UHGV virus genome: UHGV-1550212
Length of the DNA: 64,000 bases
Source of the DNA: a virus
Strand: one strand, 5' to 3'
Shown: in pieces, positions 1-9,730 of the stretch
How the letters are laid out: every line of letters begins with the position of its first letter
Position numbering within the stretch: position 1 is the stretch's first letter
Program-made: the position numbers and the translations under genes
The notes under the pieces: generated by a model
What the model was told of the DNA's origin: nothing
Database searches by the model: none
The model's input: the letters and a program-made list of their open reading frames with translations, nothing else

Positions 1-635
1 CGATACCAAGGGTCAATGAATGCTTTGACAACTTTGTTTTTACCAAGCCACATATGTCGTAATACATGACGTTTAATGAAGCTTAGATATGTTTCATTGC
101 ATTGCAGCCATGTCATTTTGTCATCTGTGCCATCAATGTTTGTGACAAGTCCAAGACCTGTATCTTCGCAAATCTTCTTTATGACATCAATGCTTGTCAT
201 GTCATCAAATGATTGAACCATTGTTTGCTTCAATGCATCATCGACAAACAAATGTGCAGAAATTCGAATGTTGCCATTGTCTTGTTCTGCATTATCAATC
301 AAAAAGTCGGCTTTGATGACCTTAAATTCTGTGTCAGCAGTGTTGCCAATGTAAAGCGTTGCGATGTCATGCACAAGCGGAAAGTCATTGAACATAAAGT
401 TCGCATTGTCATTAAATGACAACTCAAACTGCGGCAAAAAATCTTTGCCATATGACAGCTCAAAGTACTGAATTGACCCAAAGGGCACATTCGTGTTGCA
501 CACATACACAAGTGGCACAAGTTTACCTGCAGACTTCAGCACAGATTTTGTCGAGTCTTCATTGACAGGGTCATAGTTGACCATTATGTCTCGCACTTCA
601 TCAATCAAAGTGCCCTTCAAAACTTCTTTGAGCAT
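1..635 (-). CDS. hypothetical protein, 3' end runs off the window start
   Basis: Minus-strand ATG at 635-633; frame open with no stop down to position 1 (translated by hand: MLKEVLKGTLIDEVRDIMVNYDP...). Not in the supplied track because it is partial. Confidence 0.5.
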   Translation of the reverse strand, partial: MLKEVLKGTLIDEVRDIMVNYDPVNEDSTKSVLKSAGKLVPLVYVCNTNVPFGSIQYFELSYGKDFLPQFELSFNDNANFMFNDFPLVHDIATLYIGNTADTEFKVIKADFLIDNAEQDNGNIRISAHLFVDDALKQTMVQSFDDMTSIDVIKKICEDTGLGLVTNIDGTDDKMTWLQCNETYLSFIKRHVLRHMWLGKNKVVKAFIDPWY

Positions 636-636
636 G

Positions 637-1101
637 TCAGAAGATGATTTTGCCTGCTTGCTGATTGATAATTACATGTGATGTGCTTCGCCTGTTTGCG
701 ACAATTGATGCATTAGATGCTTGTGCTTCAACTTTGTCTGTTGTAGTTTTATTGACTGTCTGTGGAACTGTTTTTGCATCTGCATTCTGCTTGTATGTCA
801 GCACTGTTATGGCATCATATACAGAAGTCTCAGGCACAAGCAAGATGTCATTAGGCTCAAAATCAAATGGGGACTTGCGATTGTTGAATGTCATCAATTG
901 CTCAATGCCGCGTTTATGCGCGTATACGTACTCAGATAAGCCAATAGGATTTGCTGCATACACAGGATGCACAAGAGCAACACCGCCGACACCGACAGTG
1001 TCAAATTGTCTTGATTGCGTAGCTGTTATGGGTTCATCTGAGTGCAATGTAACATTGTCAAGCAATGGCATTGCAACATCATCATAATTATCTGTGACCA
1101 T
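637..1101 (-). CDS. hypothetical protein
   Basis: 154-aa ORF tightly packed in the minus-strand array; no recognisable motif. Confidence 0.5.
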   Translation of the reverse strand: MVTDNYDDVAMPLLDNVTLHSDEPITATQSRQFDTVGVGGVALVHPVYAANPIGLSEYVYAHKRGIEQLMTFNNRKSPFDFEPNDILLVPETSVYDAITVLTYKQNADAKTVPQTVNKTTTDKVEAQASNASIVANRRSTSHVIINQQAGKIIF

Positions 1102-1153
1102 GGTAGATGTGGTTTATGCTTATGAGATTGAGACATGAAATTGAACATCAATG

Positions 1154-1777
1154 TTATGCATTGGCAATTTCAGATGGCATTCTGAACTTGATGTCATTAT
1201 ACACAAATGTCAATGTGAATGTCATCACGTTCTGGTCTACACGAGTTTTGTCATATGTGAGTTCTGAAATTGCAGAAAACACGACATCAATGAAGTCGAT
1301 GCCAAACAATGGTTTCTTTGCACCGCCATATGTCGCTACAAATCTGCAGGGCTGAAAGTAGATAGTTTCGCGTTTATCGTTAGCGTATCTGAACAAACTC
1401 TCTAAGCAACAAAAATAGCTTAAACCACCATTCGTCAATCTGCATGTCACCTGGATTCGCTTATCAAGTGCTTGATGAATTGTCTTGCTGCCCTTATGAA
1501 ACTGTGTAATTGACTTCTTCATGCCACTGTCATCAAGAACTTTATTGACATTCTGAGTAACAATTGGCATCGATATGCCCATCAATGACACAGACTGAAT
1601 TGAATCATGCAACAAGTCATTGATGTCATAAATGATTTGTGTTGGTTGTTGCACAAACACTTTATTGTAAGTATCAGCAATATCTTGCGGAATCAAATCA
1701 ATTGGCAAGTCAAAGCGAAACTGGTCTGACCGTGTATCGAGAATGAGCATATTTTTGATAATTTGTTTATGTACCAT
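1154..1777 (-). CDS. hypothetical protein
   Basis: 207-aa ORF; stop abuts the start of the upstream gene; no motif recognised. Confidence 0.5.
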   Translation of the reverse strand: MVHKQIIKNMLILDTRSDQFRFDLPIDLIPQDIADTYNKVFVQQPTQIIYDINDLLHDSIQSVSLMGISMPIVTQNVNKVLDDSGMKKSITQFHKGSKTIHQALDKRIQVTCRLTNGGLSYFCCLESLFRYANDKRETIYFQPCRFVATYGGAKKPLFGIDFIDVVFSAISELTYDKTRVDQNVMTFTLTFVYNDIKFRMPSEIANA

Positions 1778-2976
1778 TAACTGTCATACGACCAGTGACC
1801 ACAGTCATACACTGGCACAAATCCAGTGTCAAGCATTTCTTGCTCAATAAAGCCATCATCAAGCAAATGTTCACCTGACTTCGTATTGACCCAATGCTTC
1901 TTAATTGTGCATTCATCAACCACAAAGGGATTAAGTGCATTGTCAGTGCAATCAATGAACACATTATTCAAATGCGCGTCAATGACATGCAGCACAATTT
2001 CTGGGTTGTGCCAATCAAATATCATAAGTGGCGTGTAGCCACATACAATTGCAAGTTGTTGCTTCCACCAATGATAGTTTGGCTGTTTTGCTTCTGCGGC
2101 ATTTCGTTTAAAGCCATACACGCTATTATGAGTATGCGTCGGGTTAACGTCAATTAGCAGATTGCCATAATACAGGTCATATGATGTTATGCCAACATCA
2201 TGTTCAAACTCAAAATGCACACCAAGATGTTCTTCAATGTATGATTGCCACCATCTGTTTGGCGCAGATATGATTTGCCCATTTGCTTGCATACATTTAT
2301 TTGTCATGCAAAACCATGGCACACCGTAACGTTCCATACAGGTTTTTGAAATTGCAGCAAGCCATTCATCTTTGTCTCTATGCGGCCATGCATAACCATA
2401 ACGCAGACGACATGTTTGTTGAGCTTTAGCAACGATTGGCGCTAAACGTTCACCGTATATTTCACGTTTAGTTGCGATGGCTTTGCGTGGATTAGTCCAT
2501 CCAGCATCACCCCATCGCTCAAGCTTCGTTTGCTGAGATTTTTCAACAATCAGTTCAAGATTCTCACCATATTTTTGACGACGAGTTTGCATTGCTGCAA
2601 CATAATCTGTAATGCATCTATGGCCATACAAACGTTCTTTTGTCGCACTATGTGCTTTATCGCCATATGAACTGCCGTAGCGTGCAACTTTAGTGGCAAT
2701 TGTTTGCTTGATGTTGCCTGCTTTAGAACCATAACGAGCTTCTTTAGTTGCTACGCATTTTTGTTTGACTTCTGCTCTGTTCCAATTATGCTCAACGCCA
2801 TGTTTACGAAGATGGCCAATTTTCATGTTGTACACGTTTTTGATATGACCATGAGATGTCTTACGTGGTGCATATCGTACAAATGGTGTTTCTGCAAGCA
2901 ACTTATCTCGTTCAGCTTCAAGCTCTTTAATTCGAGCTTCAAGAGCTTCACCAGTCAAATGCTCTACATGTTTCAT
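1777..2976 (-). CDS. tandem-repeat protein (about 8 x TK..RYG-type units) with C-terminal nuclease-like domain; possible homing-endonuclease-like gene
   Basis: N-terminal coiled-coil LTGEALEARIKELEAERDKLL, then ~17-20 aa repeats (ATKEARYGSKAG, ATKVARYGSSYG, KYGENLE, RYGYAWP, ERYGVPWF), C-terminal LLIDVNP...H block. Paralog of 55801..56967 with identical 5' nucleotide stretch. Confidence 0.55.
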   Translation of the reverse strand: MKHVEHLTGEALEARIKELEAERDKLLAETPFVRYAPRKTSHGHIKNVYNMKIGHLRKHGVEHNWNRAEVKQKCVATKEARYGSKAGNIKQTIATKVARYGSSYGDKAHSATKERLYGHRCITDYVAAMQTRRQKYGENLELIVEKSQQTKLERWGDAGWTNPRKAIATKREIYGERLAPIVAKAQQTCRLRYGYAWPHRDKDEWLAAISKTCMERYGVPWFCMTNKCMQANGQIISAPNRWWQSYIEEHLGVHFEFEHDVGITSYDLYYGNLLIDVNPTHTHNSVYGFKRNAAEAKQPNYHWWKQQLAIVCGYTPLMIFDWHNPEIVLHVIDAHLNNVFIDCTDNALNPFVVDECTIKKHWVNTKSGEHLLDDGFIEQEMLDTGFVPVYDCGHWSYDS

Positions 2977-3473
2977 TCGTGTTTGCCAGTTTGAAATAAC
3001 GAATCAATTGGGATGTGAATACCAGGTTTGGATTGAATGTTCCATCCGCGCGCCAAACCATTAAGTACGCAGCTCGTAAGGTAAGAAAACGCGTTTTGAG
3101 TTACTGTTGGGTCAAACATTTGCCACTTTGACGCCAAAATTAACATGGCTTCTGCTGCGACATCTGCTTGTAAGTCTTTGTCCCTGTAGTATAAACGTCT
3201 CTGCACATGTTTGATAAGCAACTCAAACATGTGTATAAGTTTATTTGACAGCTGTCCAGATACTTTGCATGCGCATATTTCTGCACAAAGTTCTTTGCTG
3301 TTGATGTAATAGTTTGATGGCTGACCTCGCTTCTTTGTGTTTGCAGCTTCTTCACGAAGTTGGTCTTCAAGTTGTGTCAACATGTCATCATCTGACACGT
3401 ATTGAATATGCTTGTCTTCTGGTAGTTTAGATTCTATTGGTTGTAAGTTTTGCAGTGGCATAGCAGTGAGCAT
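2973..3473 (-). CDS. hypothetical protein (start trimmed)
   Basis: Track ORF begins at 3518 but would span the promoter at 3490-3518 and approach the terminator at 3523-3550; first ATG downstream of the -10 box is 3473. ATGA overlap with the downstream gene at 2973-2976. Confidence 0.45.
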   Translation of the reverse strand: MLTAMPLQNLQPIESKLPEDKHIQYVSDDDMLTQLEDQLREEAANTKKRGQPSNYYINSKELCAEICACKVSGQLSNKLIHMFELLIKHVQRRLYYRDKDLQADVAAEAMLILASKWQMFDPTVTQNAFSYLTSCVLNGLARGWNIQSKPGIHIPIDSLFQTGKHE

Positions 3474-3489
3474 TAAAATTCCTATATAA

Positions 3490-3518
3490 ATTGTACAACG
3501 CTTTGTGCACATTTGCAA
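3490..3518 (-). promoter_or_regulatory. sigma70-like promoter (TTGCAA-N17-TACAAT on coding strand)
   Basis: Plus-strand ATTGTA at 3490-3495 and TTGCAA at 3513-3518, spacer 17; upstream of 2973..3473. Confidence 0.5.
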
Positions 3519-3522
3519 TCAT

Positions 3523-3550
3523 AAAAAAGCTCAGCCAATTACGGCTGAGC
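3523..3550 (-). terminator. intrinsic terminator
   Basis: Perfect 8-bp stem GCTCAGCC/GGCTGAGC with 6-nt loop, followed on the minus strand by UUUUUU; downstream of 3578..4867. Confidence 0.6.
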
Positions 3551-3577
3551 TTTCATTGAGATGCGTCTTGTCTGCCA

Positions 3578-4867
3578 CTATTCTTTTGGCAGAAGTTCAG
3601 CAATGCGTGACTGCAATTGCTCTTTCTGCTTCAAGTAGCTATCAAGAATTTGCTGATGAGCTGCATAGCCCTCTGATGTCGGGTCCATGCTCTGCATTGT
3701 TACTTGAACTGCAGCAATGTCTGATTCAACATTATTGAGCACTGTTTGATATGCATCAACTTGTGCAGATGCACGAATTGCAGCTTTCATTGCAGTATCA
3801 TAATGTTCACGCCACATTGACTTGATGCATTCGATTTCTGGTGTGCTTACAGAAATTGACTGCAATGCTGCAATGAGTGCAACAATGCCGCCATACACTG
3901 TAATGATGCCAGACTGAGTATCAAGCATATTGAAGTGATTGCCATCAACTGCATATACAATGATAGGCGCAGATTGCAGCTTAACTGAATTGTCGAGAAC
4001 TGCAAGCTTTGTGAACTGCTGTGCTACTGCAATGACTGCATTGCAAATTGCCTCTGCAGTCTCAAATTCGCCAGCAACTTGCATGCTAACTTGATTGAGT
4101 TGCATATAAGTCTTGACTTTCTCAGCGAATTCAAGTGCAGTCATAACTTGTGAATCAAGCTCAACTGCATCTTGGCCAACAATGCGAACATGGCCGACAA
4201 TTGTGTCAGCAAAGAATGCTTCAGTCTTTGGACAATACTGAACAAGTGATATTGCATTCATCAATGCGATAGATTCTGCTGATGGCTCAGATGTTGTAGC
4301 ATACAGCAAATTGCCATCAGACACAGTGAACCACTTGCCAACTACAGGCAGACCCATGATGTCACCTGCAATAATTGCAAGCACATGCTGGCAATCACCT
4401 GTAGCAATGATGTGTTCGGGATTTGCTGCGTAGTAGATGTCTTTTGCCTGCTTAATGAGCGACTTCACCTCAGGGTACATGTCATAATTGTCAAGCACGC
4501 CATCAACTGCAATTGCTCGAATGATTGGCTCATCAGTTGATGCAACATCTACTGCATCTTCGATTGCTGACGCAGCCCTTTGCATATTTGCAGAGCCATC
4601 ACTCATCAAATCCTCCATGACAAGTGATGCTTTGAAGCCAAAGCCATCTGCACCAATTGCTGTTTTCTGTGATTTTGCAAATGCGCGTACAGCAGCATCT
4701 TTGCTATTTGCGGCGCTTTCCAAAATCAATGCAGCTTTTCGAAGAGTCAGACCAGACTTTTTGATTTGTGCAAGTGACTCATTGACAAAGTTTGCACCGC
4801 CAAAAGTCAATGCTTTGATGCCTTTGATACCTTGAACAAATGCATCAACGTTTACAGTATGTTTCAT
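3578..4867 (-). CDS. hypothetical protein with C-terminal coiled-coil
   Basis: 429-aa ORF followed by an intrinsic terminator; C-terminal heptad-like region (QQILDSYLKQKEQLQSRIAELL). Confidence 0.55.
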   Translation of the reverse strand: MKHTVNVDAFVQGIKGIKALTFGGANFVNESLAQIKKSGLTLRKAALILESAANSKDAAVRAFAKSQKTAIGADGFGFKASLVMEDLMSDGSANMQRAASAIEDAVDVASTDEPIIRAIAVDGVLDNYDMYPEVKSLIKQAKDIYYAANPEHIIATGDCQHVLAIIAGDIMGLPVVGKWFTVSDGNLLYATTSEPSAESIALMNAISLVQYCPKTEAFFADTIVGHVRIVGQDAVELDSQVMTALEFAEKVKTYMQLNQVSMQVAGEFETAEAICNAVIAVAQQFTKLAVLDNSVKLQSAPIIVYAVDGNHFNMLDTQSGIITVYGGIVALIAALQSISVSTPEIECIKSMWREHYDTAMKAAIRASAQVDAYQTVLNNVESDIAAVQVTMQSMDPTSEGYAAHQQILDSYLKQKEQLQSRIAELLPKE

Positions 4868-4874
4868 AGTCTAC

Positions 4875-6365
4875 TTATGCCTTTTTAGATTTGCGCTTTG
4901 CGGCAACTACGACTTCTGCTACGATAGCTTCTACAGTAGCTTCAGTTACAACAGACTTGTCTGCAACTTTTACAAGAGCTGCATGCAACTTGTAGTTGCC
5001 GACTTTGCTGAAAGTGCACTTGAATTCTGTTGTTGCGTTGTATTCTGCAGGTACTGCAAAACCACTGTCAGGACCCCATACACCAGTGTCTTCAAATGTC
5101 CAAGACTGTCCTTGTGAATCTGTTGCAGCGAATGTCACATGACCATCTTCAGGTGCTTCTACAATTTCATATTGCAGCTGAACGCCATCAACACCTGCTT
5201 TACCAACGACTTCAGTTGCAAGTGTTGCATTGATTGCAACTTCTGTTGTAGGCTGAATACTTGCAGGGACATCTACAGAAATCTTGTATTCTGACACTTC
5301 AGGCTGAACTGGCTCAGCAACAACTACTGTAGACTCTGCTTCAACAACTACACTGTCATCAGCAACCTTGGCAAGAACTGCATGCAACTTGTATGCGCCT
5401 GCCTTGCTAAAGATTACAGTGAACTTTGTAGTTGCATTGTATTCTGCTGGAATGTCAAAGCCTACTGCAGGACCCCAAGTTCCATTATCGACGAATGTGT
5501 ATTCATTGCCAGTTGTGTCAGTAGCCTTGAATGTCACATGACCATCTTCAGGTGCTACGTCCACGCCATAACGGAACTGAACTTTGTCAACGCCGACGTC
5601 GCCAACAGTCTTCGTTTTGAATGTTGCATCAAGCTCAACTTCAGTGTTTTCGATTATTGTTTCAGGTGCAGACATTTCGAACTCGTACTCAGACACTGTT
5701 TGTGCAGCTTGTTCAAGTTTGATGTTCTTTGTCTTGTTTGAACTCATAGTCTCACGACCAGCATGGCTAATGTAGCCCTCTTTAGACACTTCCCATACAA
5801 TTTCTTCGCCTGACAAAACAGTCAACGAATTGCGAACTTCGCCATTCATCTTGATAACTGCATCTGCAGGTTCTACATTAATTGTCAGTGTAGCTTTGCT
5901 AAGCTTAACAAGCTCCACTACTTGAATGACATCATGATTTGTGAGCGTGATTGTGCCCTCCTGAGATTCATAGCCCTCTTTCGACACTTCCCACTTAATT
6001 GGAATGCCTGCGGGCACATTCTCAAGCATCTTTGTAGCCTCACCATTGATTTCTACATGAGCATCTTCAGGCACTGGCTGAATTGTGATGCTGAACTTGT
6101 CTTTACCAGGTTCAGGGTCTGGTCCGGGTCCTGGGTCATCACCAGTAATTGCAGGGATGATAGTGTTTTCGATGACTTTCTGAGCTTCTGCAGTTGTGCC
6201 ATAGAATTTGAGAGTTTTCTTGGCTTCTTCTACAGACATCTTCTCAAGATTATCTGCAAGATATGTCAGACCAGTGACTGCAGCAATTTTCTGCCGCATT
6301 TCTGGGCTAATGACTACACCAGTAGATTTGACTACTGGAGCAGCTTGTTTTTGTTTCTTTGCCAT
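4875..6365 (-). CDS. protein with tandem internal beta-sandwich-like (Ig-like?) repeats
   Basis: Two ~125-aa near-duplicate blocks (VAPEDGHVTFKATD...PAEYNATTKF / VEAPEDGHVTFAATD...PAEYNATTEF) plus shorter WEVSKEGY repeats; start moved to in-frame ATG (MAKKQKQ) at 6365. Confidence 0.55.
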   Translation of the reverse strand: MAKKQKQAAPVVKSTGVVISPEMRQKIAAVTGLTYLADNLEKMSVEEAKKTLKFYGTTAEAQKVIENTIIPAITGDDPGPGPDPEPGKDKFSITIQPVPEDAHVEINGEATKMLENVPAGIPIKWEVSKEGYESQEGTITLTNHDVIQVVELVKLSKATLTINVEPADAVIKMNGEVRNSLTVLSGEEIVWEVSKEGYISHAGRETMSSNKTKNIKLEQAAQTVSEYEFEMSAPETIIENTEVELDATFKTKTVGDVGVDKVQFRYGVDVAPEDGHVTFKATDTTGNEYTFVDNGTWGPAVGFDIPAEYNATTKFTVIFSKAGAYKLHAVLAKVADDSVVVEAESTVVVAEPVQPEVSEYKISVDVPASIQPTTEVAINATLATEVVGKAGVDGVQLQYEIVEAPEDGHVTFAATDSQGQSWTFEDTGVWGPDSGFAVPAEYNATTEFKCTFSKVGNYKLHAALVKVADKSVVTEATVEAIVAEVVVAAKRKSKKA

Positions 6366-6452
6366 AAGATATTGTGAATTTGGTTGTTTATTCTTAACAA
6401 AATATGTACATACAGATGCAACAGATGATATGTCAGATACACAAAGCTGCAT

Positions 6453-6494
6453 AAAATGACCAGACTTGCAAATAAATTTAAGCAAGTCTGGTCA
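6453..6494 (-). terminator. intrinsic terminator
   Basis: 13-bp stem TGACCAGACTTGC/GCAAGTCTGGTCA, 12-nt loop, U-tract on minus strand; just downstream of the polymerase C-terminal ORF. Confidence 0.6.
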
Positions 6495-6509
6495 TCAGTT
6501 TTGATTGCA

Positions 6510-7802
6510 CTACAACAATGACGGCACTCGTTGAGTTTCAAGTGGGTCGCTGACATTGATGCCTGTGTATGCAACAAGTCGTTGTATTGGGCCAAGTACG
6601 AGTTTTTCGAACATGAGTCGTTTGTTCATTGGCGGCACATCTGGCATATACTTCGGTGTCGGCATTTCGCCTGGTGCAAAGCCAAATGCATCGCAATATT
6701 GACGAGAGCCAATTGGTATATTTGACAAATCTGACTTTGCTCTGTCAACAAAGTAGTAGAACACTCGACCGCCTTCAATCAATGGGTATCGTGTTTCCAA
6801 TCCATGTGCTTTGACAAGACAGTTATGCCAACAACATGCTCTATATTGAGGCAGTACACCTTTTGCTAACTGCCATTCACCATCATAGCTTAGCACATAG
6901 TCATGATACTTGTTTGCATTGACATATGCACAAAGTTTCTCCAAGTCTTGCTCGGCTTCAAAGCGTTTCCATAATTTCTGTATGAGCTTTGGATATGTCG
7001 CAGAAGTTAATTCGCCTCTGAACATTTTCTTGAATGCATAATCAAGCATTTGTCTAACAAGCATTGACGAGCCTGTTTGAATAAGTTCGATGCCTTTGCC
7101 TTGAATGTGCTCAGTAGGGTCTTCGAATACTCGACCATCTACATATATTTGAGCCTTTAAGTACTTTTTCTTTTGGGCAAATAATGCAGTGTCAGAAATC
7201 GTTTCGAGGTCAAATAGCAAAATTGAATTGCCGTGGCGTTTTGCGAGGTCTGCTGCATATGCACCATTGAATAACTCTTCCATACGATATTTGAATATCG
7301 CAAGAATCAAGTCATACCAATTTTTGCCTATGTAGCCAATTGATTTGACAGTTGGCTCAAAGTGAATGTACAAAGAGTCTGTATCAATGTACAACACTTT
7401 GTCTTCATAAGGCTCTTGCTTTGGCGACACAGACAAATCAAAATTGCCCTTCAATTGTGGGTCATTACGCAGCTTTTCATGCAATTCATAATCACACCAC
7501 CACTTATTGTTGAGATAGTCATTTGCTACTCGTTCACCAAAGTGAATGAAGTTGCGGCCTTCAGCAGTAATTGATTCTGCAACTGCCATATTAAAGAAGT
7601 GATAGAAACGATTGCTTGTAGCGCCATATATTGAGTTTCGACAACATTTTGCTGAGACTTGCAGTCCTGCATGCTTTAGTGATTCTTGCATTGCAAAATC
7701 TCTCAATTCAAATAGACGTTCAGTAGACAACTGGCTTAAATCACCAGTCAAATCTACTCCATCTATTTCAATTTTTGACATATCTATCTGAGCTTCTGCC
7801 AT
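6510..7802 (-). CDS. family B DNA polymerase, C-terminal part (motifs B and C)
   Basis: Contains K-x3-NSxYG (KCCRNSIYGATSN), YIDTDS and KKKY motifs; has its own promoter (7824-7853) and terminator (6453-6494). Confidence 0.85.
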   Translation of the reverse strand: MAEAQIDMSKIEIDGVDLTGDLSQLSTERLFELRDFAMQESLKHAGLQVSAKCCRNSIYGATSNRFYHFFNMAVAESITAEGRNFIHFGERVANDYLNNKWWCDYELHEKLRNDPQLKGNFDLSVSPKQEPYEDKVLYIDTDSLYIHFEPTVKSIGYIGKNWYDLILAIFKYRMEELFNGAYAADLAKRHGNSILLFDLETISDTALFAQKKKYLKAQIYVDGRVFEDPTEHIQGKGIELIQTGSSMLVRQMLDYAFKKMFRGELTSATYPKLIQKLWKRFEAEQDLEKLCAYVNANKYHDYVLSYDGEWQLAKGVLPQYRACCWHNCLVKAHGLETRYPLIEGGRVFYYFVDRAKSDLSNIPIGSRQYCDAFGFAPGEMPTPKYMPDVPPMNKRLMFEKLVLGPIQRLVAYTGINVSDPLETQRVPSLL

Positions 7803-7823
7803 AAGTTGTTTATTTTTGATTAA

Positions 7824-7853
7824 ATTGTACTACACATGTTGCAATTTTTGCAA
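7824..7853 (-). promoter_or_regulatory. sigma70-like promoter (TTGCAA-N18-TACAAT)
   Basis: 22 nt upstream of the polymerase C-part ATG (7802). Confidence 0.5.
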
Positions 7854-7866
7854 TACACATGTTAAA

Positions 7867-7899
7867 CCAAAATGCAGCAGCAGATGTTCTGCTGCTGCA
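7867..7899 (-). terminator. intrinsic terminator
   Basis: 11-bp stem TGCAGCAGCAG/CTGCTGCTGCA with 5-nt loop, U-rich tail on minus strand; downstream of 7944..8771 and upstream of the polymerase C-part promoter. Confidence 0.6.
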
Positions 7900-7943
7900 T
7901 CGGCAGGTATCTTCACAATTGTTTGAGTTGATTGCAATGCGAT

Positions 7944-8771
7944 TTAGAATGGCAGGTCGCCATCATCACCTACAGCATCAAAATCAGCAGCAATGTCATA
8001 TACCAACGTCATTGCGATTCGCAAATCACGTTTCTTAGATTTCAGACGCATGATGTCATGACCTGAATTGTTTGTGATGACTGAGCATTCAAACTCTTCA
8101 TTGCCGTCGATGAATGACAGCATTGATTTGTGAATTGTGATTGGCGACAAATCTGACGGATATGACGAATCAATCACATATTCAAAGTTGTTGTTCTTGG
8201 CAATTAGGCCTCGTTCAGTTGTGCGAATCTCAATGCCGGGCAGTTCCTTGTCACCTGTATTCAATGAGCCATACGATGACATGATGCCAAAGTGATTTGA
8301 CGTCAAATCGAGCTTTCTCAGATTTGTTGTGCTATCAAACAGCATTGACATATCATTGTCAGACAGCTCAAAGTAGCCAAGTGATGGCATTGAACAAACC
8401 TGATTGATTTTGAGCTGATTGTTTGAGATTACAATGAGCTCTGCAATTGTATCTGTACCAATTTGTTTGACATAGATTTCAATCATTGCATATGAGCCAA
8501 ATGCAGCAAGTACTCGATTGTTGAATTGCGTGCCATTGTAAATAAGCGCCTTGACTGTGACATCTTTGAGTGTAGACTCATAATGTTCGCAAATGTCAAG
8601 CACATTAAGTGTCTGCGACTTTACAAAGCTACTATTGCCAGCATCAGTTCTGATTCGCTGGTCATTGAGTGAAAAGCTAAGCTTGCCATCGCATTTTAAT
8701 GATGATGCAAACAATGCTCGCAGCATATCAATGTTTGCATTGCGTAACGTAATTTTGTTCAGATTTTCCAT
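7944..8771 (-). CDS. putative replisome/ssDNA-binding protein with SSB-like acidic C-terminal tail
   Basis: Ends ...DFDAVGDDGDLPF, resembling the polymerase-interacting acidic tip of SSBs (DDDIPF). No OB-fold evidence seen by eye, so function is tentative. Confidence 0.4.
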   Translation of the reverse strand: MENLNKITLRNANIDMLRALFASSLKCDGKLSFSLNDQRIRTDAGNSSFVKSQTLNVLDICEHYESTLKDVTVKALIYNGTQFNNRVLAAFGSYAMIEIYVKQIGTDTIAELIVISNNQLKINQVCSMPSLGYFELSDNDMSMLFDSTTNLRKLDLTSNHFGIMSSYGSLNTGDKELPGIEIRTTERGLIAKNNNFEYVIDSSYPSDLSPITIHKSMLSFIDGNEEFECSVITNNSGHDIMRLKSKKRDLRIAMTLVYDIAADFDAVGDDGDLPF

Positions 8772-8805
8772 CTTGTATCTATGTTGTTGATTTTCAATTT
8801 AATAT

Positions 8806-8834
8806 ATTGAACAACATTTGTTGACATTTTGCAA
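8806..8834 (-). promoter_or_regulatory. sigma70-like promoter (TTGCAA-N17-TTCAAT)
   Basis: Upstream of 7944..8771. Confidence 0.45.
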
Positions 8835-8839
8835 CATTG

Positions 8840-9214
8840 TCATCGATTGTCGCCTGACCCATGCAATACACCTCGCAATTTTCGAGACTGCAGTTTCTGA
8901 ATGTTAAGCTGACAAATGTCAGTTAAGCTGTAGCCCAAATCATGTGCAAGAGTTGCAGCATACCACATGACATCGCTGAGCTCTTTTGCGATTTCCTTGC
9001 GAATGTCTTCATTATCAAAATCACCATTCTTGTCTCGAATGACTTTTTTGACTTTGTCTGCAACTTCGCCTGCTTCACCCGTTAAGCCAAGTGTTGGATA
9101 GATAATTGCAGCTGATTTAGGATATACTGCGCTATCAAGCGCAGCAGTCTGATATTCATCAATAGTTGAAATCCAAGTGTGGTCGATTACGCCGTGTTCA
9201 TCTCGTTTAAGCAT
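8840..9214 (-). CDS. mazG: MazG-like nucleoside triphosphate pyrophosphohydrolase
   Basis: LGLTGEAGEVADKVKK ... EIAKELSDVMWYAATLAHDLGYSLTD is the typical all-alpha NTP-PPase pattern. Confidence 0.75.
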   Translation of the reverse strand: MLKRDEHGVIDHTWISTIDEYQTAALDSAVYPKSAAIIYPTLGLTGEAGEVADKVKKVIRDKNGDFDNEDIRKEIAKELSDVMWYAATLAHDLGYSLTDICQLNIQKLQSRKLRGVLHGSGDNR

Positions 9215-9215
9215 A

Positions 9216-9707
9216 TCATTTACGTTTTTGTTTGACTCTTAATCGTTTTTGCATAAATGCTCTTGTAGCTTCACCAAAAGCCATCTCGTCTCGTTCGCCA
9301 CCACAAAGCTTTGCAAGCTTATTGAATGTGTCTTGGTCAATCATTGTGTACGTTGAGTTGTTGACCACATGCAATGCAAACTGAATCAGCGGTGCGCCTG
9401 GCTGCAAGCAGAATGGCTCTTTACCTGCATTGTACACTGCAAGATGAATCTCGCCATGATAGTCTGAATCTACAAACTCACTTGTTTTGATGATAAGATG
9501 ATTTCGTGAAATGCCCGACTTATTGTAGGCAATCAATGCATGACCGGCAGGCACAAGTGCTTTGATGCCAGATGGAATTGCAATGCCCTCACCAGGTTGC
9601 AGCATTGTTTGCACAAAATCATTGGGTATGCAAAAGTCCCATGCGCCAGATTCTGCTGTTGACTTAAAAGGACTTTCTACATTTCTGCATTTTGCAAAGA
9701 ATAACAT
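9216..9707 (-). CDS. dut: dUTP diphosphatase (dUTPase)
   Basis: dUTPase-like motifs SGAWDF, VDSDYHGEI, LIQFAL and C-terminal GGERDEMAFGEATRAF. Confidence 0.7.
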   Translation of the reverse strand: MLFFAKCRNVESPFKSTAESGAWDFCIPNDFVQTMLQPGEGIAIPSGIKALVPAGHALIAYNKSGISRNHLIIKTSEFVDSDYHGEIHLAVYNAGKEPFCLQPGAPLIQFALHVVNNSTYTMIDQDTFNKLAKLCGGERDEMAFGEATRAFMQKRLRVKQKRK

Positions 9708-9730
9708 ATTAAGTATGTGTTTGTATGTTG

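Noticed and set aside
213-1087. Plus-strand ORFs of 60-150 aa embedded in minus-strand genes (e.g. 213..419, 665..1087, and many similar throughout the window)
   Set aside because: They lie antisense within longer minus-strand ORFs that have promoter, terminator or overlap support; treated as shadow ORFs.
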